From: Octopus sinensis
Taxonomy: Eukaryota
Length of the DNA stretch: 64,000 nucleotides
Assembly (NCBI RefSeq): GCF_006345805.1
Contig: NC_043003.1
Span: 31,248,001 to 31,312,000 of the forward strand
Direction of reading: 5' to 3'
Made by a program: the position numbers and the translations under genes. Of this stretch, positions 13,389 to 24,696 are shown piece by piece. The first letter of the stretch is position 1, and every line of letters starts with the position of its first letter. The notes below the pieces were generated by a model. The model ran no database searches. It saw only the letters and a program-made list of their open reading frames with translations, and was not told where the DNA came from.

Positions 13389-13791
13389 TGAATTGAAGAA
13401 ATGGAGTTGAACGAAGATTGAACAGAATTCCTTTTATTGCATTCTACACATGTTTCGAAAGCCACAATTTTCCAAATTCTGATTGAATAAGAATACCATA
13501 TTGTGGCTTTCTTCTTCAGGAAAAAAATAGATTCCGTTGGCAGAACAAAACAGAACAGAGGCGCAGCAAAGCAATTGTACTAAAGAGCCTCTCGTTCAAA
13601 TTGCTTTGCTGCGCCTCTGTTCTGTTTTGTTCTGCCAACGGATTCCTATTTTTTTCCTGAGAGAAAGCCACAATATGGTATTCTTATTCAATCAGAATTT
13701 GGAAAATTGTGGCTTTCGAAACATGTGTAGAATGCAATAAAAGGAATTCTGTTCAATCTTCGTTCAACTCCATTTCTTCAATTCACTAATA
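13383..13791. mobile_element. Near-perfect palindrome (arms ~194 bp, 22-nt spacer) of a PLE-like terminus, one hammerhead motif per arm
   Basis: 13383-13576 is the reverse complement of 13599-13791; flanked on the left by (TA)n. Confidence 0.85.
13442..13522 (-). ncRNA. Type I hammerhead motif, core intact
   Basis: Minus strand reads UUC-CUGAAGA-A-GAAAGCCACAAU...AUUGUGGCUUUC-GAAAC-AUGU-GUA-GAA. Stem II is 12 bp, ACAUGU is palindromic, the triplet is GUA and stem I is only 3 bp. Confidence 0.7.
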
Positions 13792-13935
13792 ATATTAAAA
13801 TTCAATTATCCGCACCAACGCACGGTTGCAACACCAAATGGTTTTATCTCCAACCGTGCTTCTTCTGCTGTGATTTTTGCTACCAAGGTATCGGTTAAAC
13901 TTTTGATTAATCTGCAACAAGATTATCATCTTTCT

Positions 13936-14013
<78 letters not shown>

Positions 14014-14043
14014 GCGAGAAAGAAGCAACAAGAATGGATAGGT

Positions 14044-14131
14044 TTTTAGTACAATGTTTCATACAAGGACAGGCTTTATTAAAAGTTGTAAAATTACAGC
14101 ATAAAACGTGTCCCGTACTCATCAGCTAAAA
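14044..14131 (-). ncRNA. Type I hammerhead motif (left-arm copy)
   Basis: UUUUAG-CUGAUGA-GUACGGGACA...UGUCCUUGUAU-GAAAC-AUU-GUA-CUAAAA. Confidence 0.75.
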
Positions 14132-14643
14132 TACATGTGAGTTCTCTAGACATCCTAGTGGTTGAGGCTATACTCATGAAGTAATGTAGATAATTAAGTA
14201 ACATAAACAGATTCAAAGTTCATTAAAGTTCTTTAAGATGATGTACAGTCTTATCACAGAATTTAAAAAAGTTCTAATAGCATCACAGAGAAGGTGACCT
14301 AATCCATAGAGCACATATGAATTTCCAGAGATATGATGAGGGATTACATACTCACAGAAGACAAATTTATCCATTGGGACCCACCTCATTGTGATTACAA
14401 TGGATAAATCTGTCTTCTGTGAGTATGTAATCCCTCATCTATCTCTGGAAATTCATATGTGCTCTATGGATTAGGTCACCTTCTCTGTGATGCTATTAGA
14501 ACTTTTTAAAATTCTGTGATAAGACTGTACATCATCTTTAAAGAACTTTAATGAACTTTGGAAATCTGTTTATGTTACTTAATTATCTACATTATTCATG
14601 AGTATAGCCTCAACCACTAGGATGTCTAGAGAACTCACATGTA

Positions 14644-14733
14644 TTTTAGCTGATGAGTACGGGACACGTTTATATGCTGTAATTTTTACAATTTTAATAA
14701 AGCCTGTCCTTGTATGAAACGATTGTACTAAAA
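14644..14733 (+). ncRNA. Type I hammerhead motif (right-arm copy), canonical core
   Basis: TTTTAG(14644)-CTGATGA(14650)-GTACGGGACA...TGTCCTTGTAT-GAAAC(14716)-GATT-GTA(14725)-CTAAAA. Stem I is a perfect 6 bp and stem II is ~10 bp with one bulge. Confidence 0.8.
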
Positions 14734-14880
14734 ACCTATCCATTCTTGTTGCTTCTTCTCGCTTGTAATCACCCCACATTACTGTATTGTTAAAAACAGT
14801 ATAGTTTTTTGGGTGCATCTAAGTTAGGTACCATATTCAAGTAAAATTCATTTAAATTAACTGAATCTTTATTGCTTTTG

Positions 14881-14947
<67 letters not shown>

Positions 14948-15013
14948 TTATATGTACAGATGTATATATATATATATATGTATTATCTATATGTGTATAT
15001 GCGTATATATGTG

Positions 15014-15062
<49 letters not shown>

Positions 15063-15069
<7 letters not shown>

Positions 15070-15249
15070 ATATTTCGGAATGGTCACTTTGCCAGTTTAG
15101 CCAATAAAAACACACGCACTACATATTTGGTGTTATTTTGCTTCATTGTTATTTATTTTTTACATTAATCTTAGTCTTATTTCGGCCAGAGTTCTTGCGT
15201 TGTTTTTTTGGGTAAACTGGCCAAATGACCATTCCGAAATATAACAATA
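15063..15249. mobile_element. MITE with ~42-bp TIRs
   Basis: TATTGTTATATTTCGGAATGGTCACTTTGCCAGTTTAGCCAA versus TTGGGTAAACTGGCCAAATGACCATTCCGAAATATAACAATA. Confidence 0.75.
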
Positions 15250-15300
15250 TCTGTTTCAACTCACGACTCACATAAAAAATCTTGCACAACAAATATTTAA

Positions 15301-15359
<59 letters not shown>

Positions 15360-15560
15360 TATGTTGGTATGTGTTTGTTGTTCTTTGTCTTCGTTTGTCT
15401 CCCCACTATCGTTTGCAACCGATGTTAGTGTGTTTACGTCTCTATCACTTAGCGGTCCGCAAAAGAGACTAGGCTTGCAAATAAAAGTCCTGGGGTCGAT
15501 TATTCGATGAATGTGGTGCTCCAGCATGACCGCAGTCAAATGACTGAAACTAGTAAAAGA
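15360..15560 (+). mobile_element. 3' half of SINE family B
   Basis: GGTGTGTTTACGTC...CCTGGGGTCGAT...GGTGCTCCAGCATGACCGCAGTCAAATGACTGAAAC. Confidence 0.75.
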
Positions 15561-15609
15561 TATATATATGCATATATGATATATATGTATGTATGTATAT
15601 ATATGTATG

Positions 15610-15652
<43 letters not shown>

Positions 15653-15832
15653 ATATATATATATATATAATAAAATATTAGGGAATAAATCCAAACTTAC
15701 AGGGAAAAATCAGATTTAATAGTGTTTTATCTCTAATCTAATATAATATATATAGCAAAAACTGTCTGATGGACGGCAACGAGAAACTCAGAGTAACAGA
15801 TTTTGTTGAATTTTCTGCTGCTTTAAATAAAG

Positions 15833-15874
<42 letters not shown>

Positions 15875-15952
15875 TATGTGTATGTTGATATATATATATA
15901 AATATATATAATGACTGAAACTAGTAAAATAATATATATATATGCATATATG

Positions 15953-15984
<32 letters not shown>

Positions 15985-16019
15985 AATATATATGTGTGTG
16001 TGTGTGTACATGCTGAGCC

Positions 16020-16262
16020 CCCCCTTCGGTCATGACTGACCATGGGATTGCACCTACAAAATTACCGTCCCAGGCACAAGTCCGGGTAAAGTTGTTTATG
16101 GAGACCAGCAGTCGTCCATGCCTCCCCTCCCCACGCCACCAGTGTTATCCAAGGGAAAAGTAATGGCCGATACAGCTTGGCACCAGTGATGTTGCAATTC
16201 ATTTCTACAGCTGAGTGAACTGAGTGAAATAAACTGCCTTGCTCAAGAACACAACACGCAGT
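16020..16262 (-). mobile_element. SINE family C (CORE-like central domain), 5'-truncated
   Basis: Minus strand GTTGTGTTCTTGAGCAAGGCAGTTT...TCACTCAGCTGTAGAAATG is shared with copies at 20.6, 37.6 and 41.0 kb. Confidence 0.55.
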
Positions 16263-16609
16263 ATGTATGTATATATGTTTATGCATATGTATGTATATAT
16301 ATATATGTGTGTGTGTGACTGCATAGATGTACATATATATATGTGTGTATATATATGTGTGTATATATATGTGTGTGTGACTGCATAGATGTACATATAT
16401 ATGTGTATATATATATGTATATATGCACATATGTATGTATATATATGTATATATTTATATGTATATATGTACGTATATATTTATATACATGTACGCATCT
16501 ATGTATGTATATATGTATATATGTATATATATATATATGTATATATGTATATACATATATATGTATATATGTATATATATATATATGTATATATAATATA
16601 TGTATATAT

Positions 16610-16662
<53 letters not shown>

Positions 16663-16676
16663 TATGTATATATCTA

Positions 16677-17785
16677 TCAGGTCATCCCATAAGTTCTGTT
16701 TGAATTTACCTTTTTTAAAATTGAATGAAATTTAATAGTATTTTAGAATGTCTAATGGAATTAAAAATTATGTTTATGCATCTGTGTACATTTAAACTAA
16801 TTAAATATTATTTTACAGAATATTAGGATTAAAATTTATTTGATTAAATCTCTTTCTAAACTGGAAGTATCGAACGTGTAATGAGGCACATAATGCTTTA
16901 TGAGTACAAAAATGGAAATTATACAGCCGAAGCGACTCGAAACATTCACTCAGTTTATAGGAAAGAATGCTTGAATGAAAGAACTTGCATAAGATGGTTT
17001 GCAAAATTCAGAAGTGAAGATCTCAGGCTTGAAGATGAAGATTGAACAGGACGTCCAGTTGAGTATGATGATAAACTCCTTGAGGCATTACTTGAGAATC
17101 CTGCATTATCAGTTGAAGAATTGGCAATAAAGCTTAGTTCAAACCATACAACTGTTCATCGTCATCTTCAACAACTTGCAAAGTTTCCTAAACTGGGAAA
17201 ATGGGTGCCTCATGAATTGTTCGAAAGCAACCCCAAATCTCGAGTTGACATCTGCTCTTCTCTCCATTCTCGCGAACACATTTCACCTTTTTTTGGATAG
17301 ACTTGTGACTAGTGACGAAAAATGAATCATCTATGAAAATGTTAAACGTCGTAAACAGTGGCTTGGTAAAAGGGAAAAAAGCTAACCACGACCGAGAAGA
17401 GAACTTCATGGGAAAAAGTTTCTTCTCTTTATTTAGTGGGATTGCAAAGGAGTAATTCACTTTGAATTGTTTTTACCACCTAATGCAACAATCAATGCTG
17501 AAGTCTACTGTCAGCAATTAGAGCTTTTCAACTAAACTTTGAAGGAAAAAAGACCCGTTTTAATGAATCGAAAAGGAGTGATGTTTCACCAGGACAATGC
17601 GCGATCCCACACTGCAAAGATCAAATCCCAAAAGATCGAAGAGCTTGGTTGGAAAAAATTCCTCATCCACCTTATTCTCCCGATAATCAGGAAAGTATAT
17701 TGATGATTAAATTTCAATTAAATATAACCTTTGATCACTTATTTCCTTTATTCAAAATTCGGACAGAACTTATAGGATGACCTGA
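16677..17785 (+). mobile_element. Mariner transposon with both TIRs and TA TSD; transposase pseudogene with internal deletion
   Basis: TA|TCAGGTCATCCCATAAGTTCTGT ... ACAGAACTTATAGGATGACCTGA|TA. Decayed translation from ~16861 contains WVPHEL, VTSDEK, FHQDNA and HPPYSPD, with stops and frameshifts; the region after YSPD is missing. Confidence 0.92.
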
Positions 17786-17809
17786 TATATATGTATGTAT
17801 GTATGTATG

Positions 17810-17841
<32 letters not shown>

Positions 17842-17863
17842 TGTATGTATGTATGTATGTATG

Positions 17864-17899
<36 letters not shown>

Positions 17900-17904
17900 T
17901 ATAT

Positions 17905-18981
17905 AACGGGAAGCTTTACGAAAATAATCAAAAGACGAAGGCAGGTGGAGTACAAACAAACAATTGTATTAGTATGGCGCTCAGGAATAGAAATAAAACA
18001 AGTCTTTTACGTTTCGAGCCTACGCTCTTCAACAGAAAGATACACAGAAAAGAAACACGGAGAGAAACAAGGAGAGAAAAAAATGCGTGCAGGAGCTAAC
18101 GATTCAACATGGCGGTCTGATTTCGGCCAGTACTCAGAGATCAGACATTAGACGCAAGAGGGATAGTAGGGGAGATAACAGGGTCAAATGACCTCGCCCC
18201 AACATAAGGGTGCTTGTGTGTATGAGAGAGTATGTATGTGCCTATGAAAGGTCTGGACGTGTGTATGTATGATGTGATGTGTAATGTCATATGGTGTAGT
18301 GTAGTGTCATATGGTGTAGTGTAGTGTAGTGTGGTGTGATGTTGTGGGGAGGTGGGGAGGTGGGGAAAGCCCATATGAGGTGTGGGTTCGGCTGGGGGTT
18401 GGGGTAGAGTGGGGGTTTGTGGGGAGAGTGAAAAGGGGAGAGGAAGAGAGAGGAGGGAGGGAGGGGAGAGATGAGGGAAGAGGGGAGGAGGGAGGGAGGA
18501 GAGATGAGGGGGAAGGGAGAGAGGAGATGAGATGAGGGGTGAGGGGGAAGAAGGAAGGAGAGGAGAGGGGGAGAGGGGGGAGAAGGAAGGAGAGGAGAAG
18601 AGGAGGGGGATGGGAAAGGAGGGAAGAGGAGGAGGGGGAGAAGGGGAGTGAGGGAGCAGAGAGAAAGAGAGAGGGGAAGAGGGAAGAAGAAAGAGGAAAG
18701 AAGAGGAGGAAAGGAGTAGGGGTGAAAAGATGAAGGACTGAAGAGAAGTAGAATTCGGGGGGAGGTTAGATGATAGGGGGAGGTTAGATGAGAAGTGGGG
18801 GAGAGTTGAGACCAAATGGCGTAAAAGAGCGAAGAGAGAAGATTAATCCCTGTTCACGGCGCAAACGGGAATCCGGATGGCCTCTGTGCAAGGACAATCC
18901 GAACACAGACAGGTGTTGCAAGGAGTGACCGGTGGAGCGGAAATGGCGTGAGGTCGGTGTGTCATTGGCAAGGCGGATGTT
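17905..18981 (-). mobile_element. Penelope-like element 3' end: GIY-YIG C-terminus, pyrimidine-rich UTR and hammerhead
   Basis: ORF 18784-19008 gives PTSRHFRSTGHSLQHLSVFGL...RREQGLIFSLRSFTPFGLN, matching the PLE endonuclease tail (H-F...H-S...RE..IF.L....P.GLN). Confidence 0.75.
18003..18040 (-). ncRNA. Minimal hammerhead variant (core CUGUUGA, loop-less stem III)
   Basis: Minus strand reads UCUUU-CUGUUGA-A-GAGC GUAG GCUC-GAAAC-GUA-AAAGA. Stem I is 5 bp and stem II is 4 bp. Confidence 0.65.
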
Positions 18982-19500
18982 GGTACCGATACATCGATTA
19001 GAAGGCATTTTTTCTTGGTGAAAACTATATCCGGTCTATCAACCTTTAATTCTCTATCTGTATTGAATGGCATATTCCAGAGTATTGTTGCTTTGTCATT
19101 TTCTAAGGCCTTTTCTGGGATGTGCCTCTACAATCTTTTTTCTGTTGTAATTCCATAGTGTTGGCATAGCTTCCAATGTATATAGGTTCCAACTCTGTCA
19201 TGCCTCTGGACATATTCTTTTTTAACCATCACCACATGTTCTGCAGTTACTTCTTGTATTTTTCTTCGTTATGGGTTTCTGGTGATTTCTACGTGTGGAG
19301 GCTTTGATCTTGTTCTGCAATTAAAAATCCTTCAGTCTCTGCTTTTAGTCCTGAACTTCCCAGCCATTTTTTGGGTTTTAATTTGTCTATTTCTTTTCTG
19401 TTTAGCATATGCCAATATTTGCCATGTTAGGGCTTTTCTTGCCATCGTTTCCATGATACTTTGTTGCTTCAGTTTTAATTTGGATTTCAGTTGTTGTTGT
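18981..19500 (-). pseudogene. R4/Dong-like non-LTR retrotransposon fragment (restriction-like endonuclease region)
   Basis: Minus translation gives YVQRHDRVGTYIHWKLCQHYGI...ENDKATILWNMPFNTDRELKVDRPDIVFTKKKCLLIDVSVP (RHD and PD..D RLE motifs). Confidence 0.75.
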
Positions 19501-19812
19501 TATTATTATTTATTTTGTTTACCATTTACAAGTACGTGTGTGTTCCTCATTGTTTTATGTATTTTATTCAGTTTTCAGAAAATGTGAAGCATATCTTTAA
19601 TAATGTATATTCGGTAGCTTTTAATCTTGGTGCACTACTTTTGACCCACCGCATATACATACACAAACCTCCGTACTTTCTGAACAGCGGCGAGATATAC
19701 GCCTGCCACACACACACACACAAATACACACATACACACACACACATACAAACGCACACACGTACGCACACACACACACACGCACACATATACACACGCA
19801 TATGTATGTATG

Positions 19813-19859
<47 letters not shown>

Positions 19860-20579
19860 TATATATCGGTAGAATTAAATGGTTAATTTGAACAAACACC
19901 GTATATGCAGGAAGTATTATATCCACATCTTCATAAACATAAATGTCATACACAAACTGAATACAACTTGATTTTGATTATATCTTAAATTGAGTTATAA
20001 GTAAAAATTCCTGTCCGGAAATTGAAATGATTTAGGAAATTATGAAAATATGACATAATACAAGATCTTGTTTCAGTCACAATTTATGTAAGTTATTTCC
20101 TATTCTCTTCTCTCTTATAGAATAACAAGCTACTGGAGAAAGGAGATTATGACAGAATATATGAATAATCGAATAGCTAGATGTAAAATATTTATTGAAT
20201 GAAATTACAATGTTAAAATCTGAATTTACAACGGCTGTTTGTGCGTTATGGAGATATGAAGTTTATAGTTCAGTATGAATTAATAGTTATGGGAAATTTT
20301 CTAGTCCACAGAAGTAATGTCAGTGAATTTGAATAAAGTGTTTGACCTATGTAGATATAGAGGGTATAATCTCTGTAATCGACTCCCTACCCAACCTAGT
20401 TCAGGTACACCGTTGATTTTCCGGAACCTTTTGAATTCAAAGCCATTCTGGATTGGCGATTTTTCCGAATCAGGAGTACTGACATTGGTTAACACACTCT
20501 AAGTGAAACAAATATTAAACATACTTTTATAATTAAATCAAATATACGTACCTGTATATTAGTATATAATGCCGCTGTT

Positions 20580-20722
20580 CGGAAAGGAACGTGGCTTAGT
20601 AGTTAGGGTATTGAATTCTCGACCGTAAGATTGTGGTTTCGATCCATAGACCGGGCGATCCGTTGTGTTCTTGAGCAAAGCACTTCATTTCATGTTGCTC
20701 CAGTCCACTCTGCTGTAAAAAT
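20580..20722 (+). mobile_element. SINE family C, 5' part
   Basis: tRNA-like head GTGGCTTAGTAGTTAGG...GGTTTCGATCC followed by GTTGTGTTCTTGAGCAAAGCACTT...CAGTCCACTCTGCTG. Confidence 0.65.
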
Positions 20723-21638
20723 GAATTCAACATGGAGAAGGATGAACTCCGCAAAGCCTTCTCTCCCTTTGACGCCCCAACGACACGCAATGGGTTAACG
20801 GAATTGTCAATTGTCAATATTAGTATAGATAGTACAGGTTTATTAATACTGTACTGAGCAGGTGCCGCTAAATTAGCCTGGCGGCCGTGGAATTTGTATT
20901 TTCCTGTCCGTAAATTACTCCCTATTATAAAAGATTCTGGATCACTAGTATCTGGAAGTCGGTGTTGCAATTGTAATTAAATAGATCTTTTATTTACTGA
21001 ACACAAGAGTCAATTAAAGGACGAACGGCAAAGTTGGTCCTGGTAGGATTTGTGATTTCTAACATTGACTTCACGTCACATATTTACAAAGAAGTATAGA
21101 TGATTCATCTAACTCAGAATTTAGCTGGAAATAAATTTTATTCATCCACAGAAAAACAGTGGATGATGTCGTTGGGGACAAGATCGTAACTCAAAGCATA
21201 AAGAGACGCAACTAATTATCATTAGATTGTTTTATGTGTCATTTAACCGATTCAGCTGCCCACCACGCTTTTTGAACGATACTTTTTGAACACTCTAGGT
21301 GCTATATTGAGTTTTAAGAAGATTTCGTAGCGGACACATTACAAGGAAAATGTAATATTAGGGCTAATTTTAAAAATGCTACAAGTATTAATATGTGCAA
21401 TGTTGATGACATCTAAAAGTCATTAGCTGGAATTAAATTATTTTCAGTGATAAGACTGCGGTTATTGGGCTGAAGCAATGCTTCCATTTATATCGATCTT
21501 ACTACTTATTTCAATTTAATACTTATTTTATTGATTTCTTTATCGAATGACTACGCGTCATCTTTCTAGCCTAGAGAGACGTAATTCAACATCTCTAATT
21601 TACAAGAACTCTCCCGATATATATATAACAGCTACCAT

Positions 21639-21688
<50 letters not shown>

Positions 21689-21792
21689 TATATTATATAT
21701 ATATATATATATGTATATGTATATGTATGTATGTATTATATATATATATATGTATATATATACATATGTATATATGTATGTATATATATATG

Positions 21793-21836
<44 letters not shown>

Positions 21837-22511
21837 ATTTCTTCCAAGAAATCTAATGCTCGTAGCTTAGTTTTTCCTTGGGGCTGGCCGGATCGGAGCG
21901 ATCTCAAGATTAATCAGCCGAAATTGCTAGGATGATCCGGTTCTTGACTAAAGATTGAAGGCTTCGAATGTCCCGTCCGTGTTTTTTGTATCGTCTTCTA
22001 AATGTTTTACGTTCTTGTCCCAGTTTGTATTTTTCTACATATAATATATATATATATATATACATAACGAAAGAAGTTTGAAAATGCAATTTAAAAGATG
22101 AACTTTTTTTAATAATTCCTTCTGGAAATTATCTTGAGAATGTATAATATATTTGTTGTAATCTCTGTGCCCATATTTCAATGAGCTTGTTAAACTTTTT
22201 TTATTTCTCAACATGCTCTTGTCACCAAAGAATGTATATTTATATGGATTGTAGTACTCTGTGTCAACCAATATTCTGTGCATGGTTGAATATACAGATA
22301 CAATACCAATACCAATATCAATTCCTTCTGGAAACTATCTTAAGCATGTCCTTGAGAATGATTATTTATGTAGTAATCTTTTGTACCCAATATTTTAAGG
22401 AACTTGTTGAACTTTTTTATGTCCTTAACATGTCCCTGTTACCAAAGACTGTATATATGTAATGTAGCAATTTGTAACAACCAATTATTAACGCAACCAA
22501 ACTTTTACATG

Positions 22512-22556
22512 TTACTTTTGACAATCTTTTTACAAAGAGTGAAACCGGTAAAGTAA
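22512..22556 (+). ncRNA. Decayed hammerhead motif
   Basis: TTACTT-TTGACAA-TCTTT TTAC AAAGAGT-GAAAC-CG-GTA-AAGTAA. Stem I is a perfect 6 bp and ACCGGT is palindromic, but the core differs from CTGACGA at two positions. Confidence 0.5.
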
Positions 22557-22636
22557 ATAAACATCTTTTAAATTGCCTTTTCAAACCTTCCTTTCGTATA
22601 TAATTCCACTCGTGCGGTACCCTACACTCCACTTTG

Positions 22637-22687
<51 letters not shown>

Positions 22688-22820
22688 GAGATAAAACCAC
22701 TATTAGGCAAGTCAAACAGTGAAAAACAAGCCAATACATAAAATTAATTTAAAAATATAAAAGTAAAAATAAAAAATAATTTAAATAATTTAAACTTATA
22801 AATTTATATATATATATCTA

Positions 22821-22886
<66 letters not shown>

Positions 22887-23175
22887 TTTTATATTTATAT
22901 ATTATTTTATTATTAATTAATTAATTAATAATTTTTTAAAAATATATTTTTTAAATATCAAAAGTATTAAAATTTTATGTTTTTCACTGTTTGACTTGCC
23001 CAATAGTGGTTTTATCTCTAATTTAATATAATATAATATAATATATTTATACTATAAAATTGGATTTAATCCTAAATCTAATTTTTCCCTTAAGTTTGGA
23101 TATTATACCTAATATATATATATTATATTATATTATTATATATATATATATATATATATATTTATTTTTTTTTTT

Positions 23176-23565
23176 CTAGTTTCAGCTCAGAGCTGCGGCC
23201 TTGCTGATGCACCGCTGTTTTGTGCTACACTGTTATTGCAACGAACCTCGTCTAATATGTGGCACTTGGTGAAGAATGGAGTTTGATACAGCTACTCTCA
23301 TTTGCACCTCTTGCCGTGAGGTAGGTTCATCTGGGATTCTTGACAGGAAGATGTCCAGCTTTGATTTAAAAACCGCTACATTTACTGTGTGCAAGTTCCT
23401 CAGACTCTTTGGGAGAATATTAAAAAGCTGTGGGCCCTTGAAACCCAGGCTGTTGCAGAAGCTGGTCCTGAAGCGTGATGGCATTGCTGGGATCTTTGGC
23501 ACTATGCAGTGTCGTCTCGTTCTAGCATTGGTGTAGCTTACAATGCCAAATTTTGGCACAATTAT
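23176..23565 (-). mobile_element. CR1-clade LINE 3' fragment (same family as 32.2-35.0 kb)
   Basis: ORF 23233-23559 gives GPQLFNILPKSLRNLH...VFKSKLDIFLSRIPDEPTSRQE; the tail is CAGCTCTGAGCTGAAACTAG. Confidence 0.85.
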
Positions 23566-23597
23566 ATATATATGTATATGTATATGTATGTATATAT

Positions 23598-24013
23598 AGG
23601 TGTAGGAGTGGCTGTGTGGTAAGTAGCTTGCTTACCAGCCACATGGTTCCGGGTTCAGTCCCACTGCGTGGCACCTTGGTCAAAGTGTCTTCTACTATAG
23701 CCTCGGGCCAACCAAAGCCTTGTGAGTGGATTTGGTAGACGTATATTTGTATATAATACATGTATGCGTGTGTATATATTTGTGTGTCTCTGCTTGCCCC
23801 CCCCACACACAACATCGCTTGACAACCGATGCTGGTGTGTTTACGTCCCCGTAACTTAGCGGTTCGGCAAAAGGGGCCGATAGAATAAGTCATAGACTTA
23901 CTAGTACTTATGGAATAACTACTAGGCTTACTAATAAGTCCTGGGGTTGATTTGCTCGACTAAAGGCGATGCACCAGCATTGTCACAGTCAAATAACTCA
24001 AATAAGTAAAGAA
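23598..24013 (+). mobile_element. Full-length SINE family B
   Basis: tRNA-like head GGAGTGGCTGTGTGGTAAG...GGTTCAGTCCC, central (TA)/(TG) tract and CR1-like 3' tail. Confidence 0.85.
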
Positions 24014-24655
24014 TATATATATATATATATATATATACATAATATAGCAATAATAAATCTCTGAACGAGATGTAAACAGTAACTGTATGACAAGGTAAGG
24101 TATACTAGCCATCTCAATATGCTAACCAATAAGGGTGGCTTTAGGCACTCTTTCTGTGTCCTTATGGTATTTGCAAAGGAAATGGTATGCTTGCATACAG
24201 TTTTTCGAGATCAGTGACGAAAAGTTACTGGAAAAACGATATAAAGATTTGCATTGGGACCCCCTTCATCGACAACCGGTGACTGCCGTACGCTAAAGAC
24301 AGGCAAATACCTAGAAACTGCAGTCCGTGCGTGTCATCTAGGTTGACGAGGGAGGGATGACCTCCCTTTGCAAATACCATAAGGGCACAGAAAGTGTGCT
24401 TAAAGCCAGCTGGAGACGATGATCTACTGGTGCTACAAGCTACAGTAACACCCACCCTTAGTGGTTAGCCATATTGAGATGGCTAGTATACCTTACATAT
24501 AATGTATGTATATTATATATATATATATATAATATGTATATATGCATGAATATAACATAAATGTATATATATATATATATATTATTTATATATATATATG
24601 TGTGTATATGTATTATATAGTATCTCTCTCTCTCTCTCTCTCTCTCTTCTATATA

Positions 24656-24689
<34 letters not shown>

Positions 24690-24696
<7 letters not shown>

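Larger units (their letters stand above)
14014..14762. mobile_element. Large palindrome (arms ~364 bp, 21-nt spacer) of a PLE-like terminus, one hammerhead motif per arm
   Basis: 14014-14376 is the reverse complement of 14398-14762 with few indels; (TA)n lies on the left flank. Confidence 0.85.

Noticed and set aside
18141-18815. 224-aa Pro/Ser/Leu-rich ORF
   Set aside because: Translation of the GA-rich low-complexity PLE 3' UTR.
20596-20970. 124-aa minus ORF
   Set aside because: Its C-terminal third is antisense SINE and the remainder matches nothing I recognise.
21875-21935. GGCTG...CAGCC-GAAAT hammerhead-like relic (similar weak cases at 13250-13320, 29790-29830 and 47570-47610)
   Set aside because: The CUGAnGA core or cleavage triplet is absent; too degenerate to call without a consensus.
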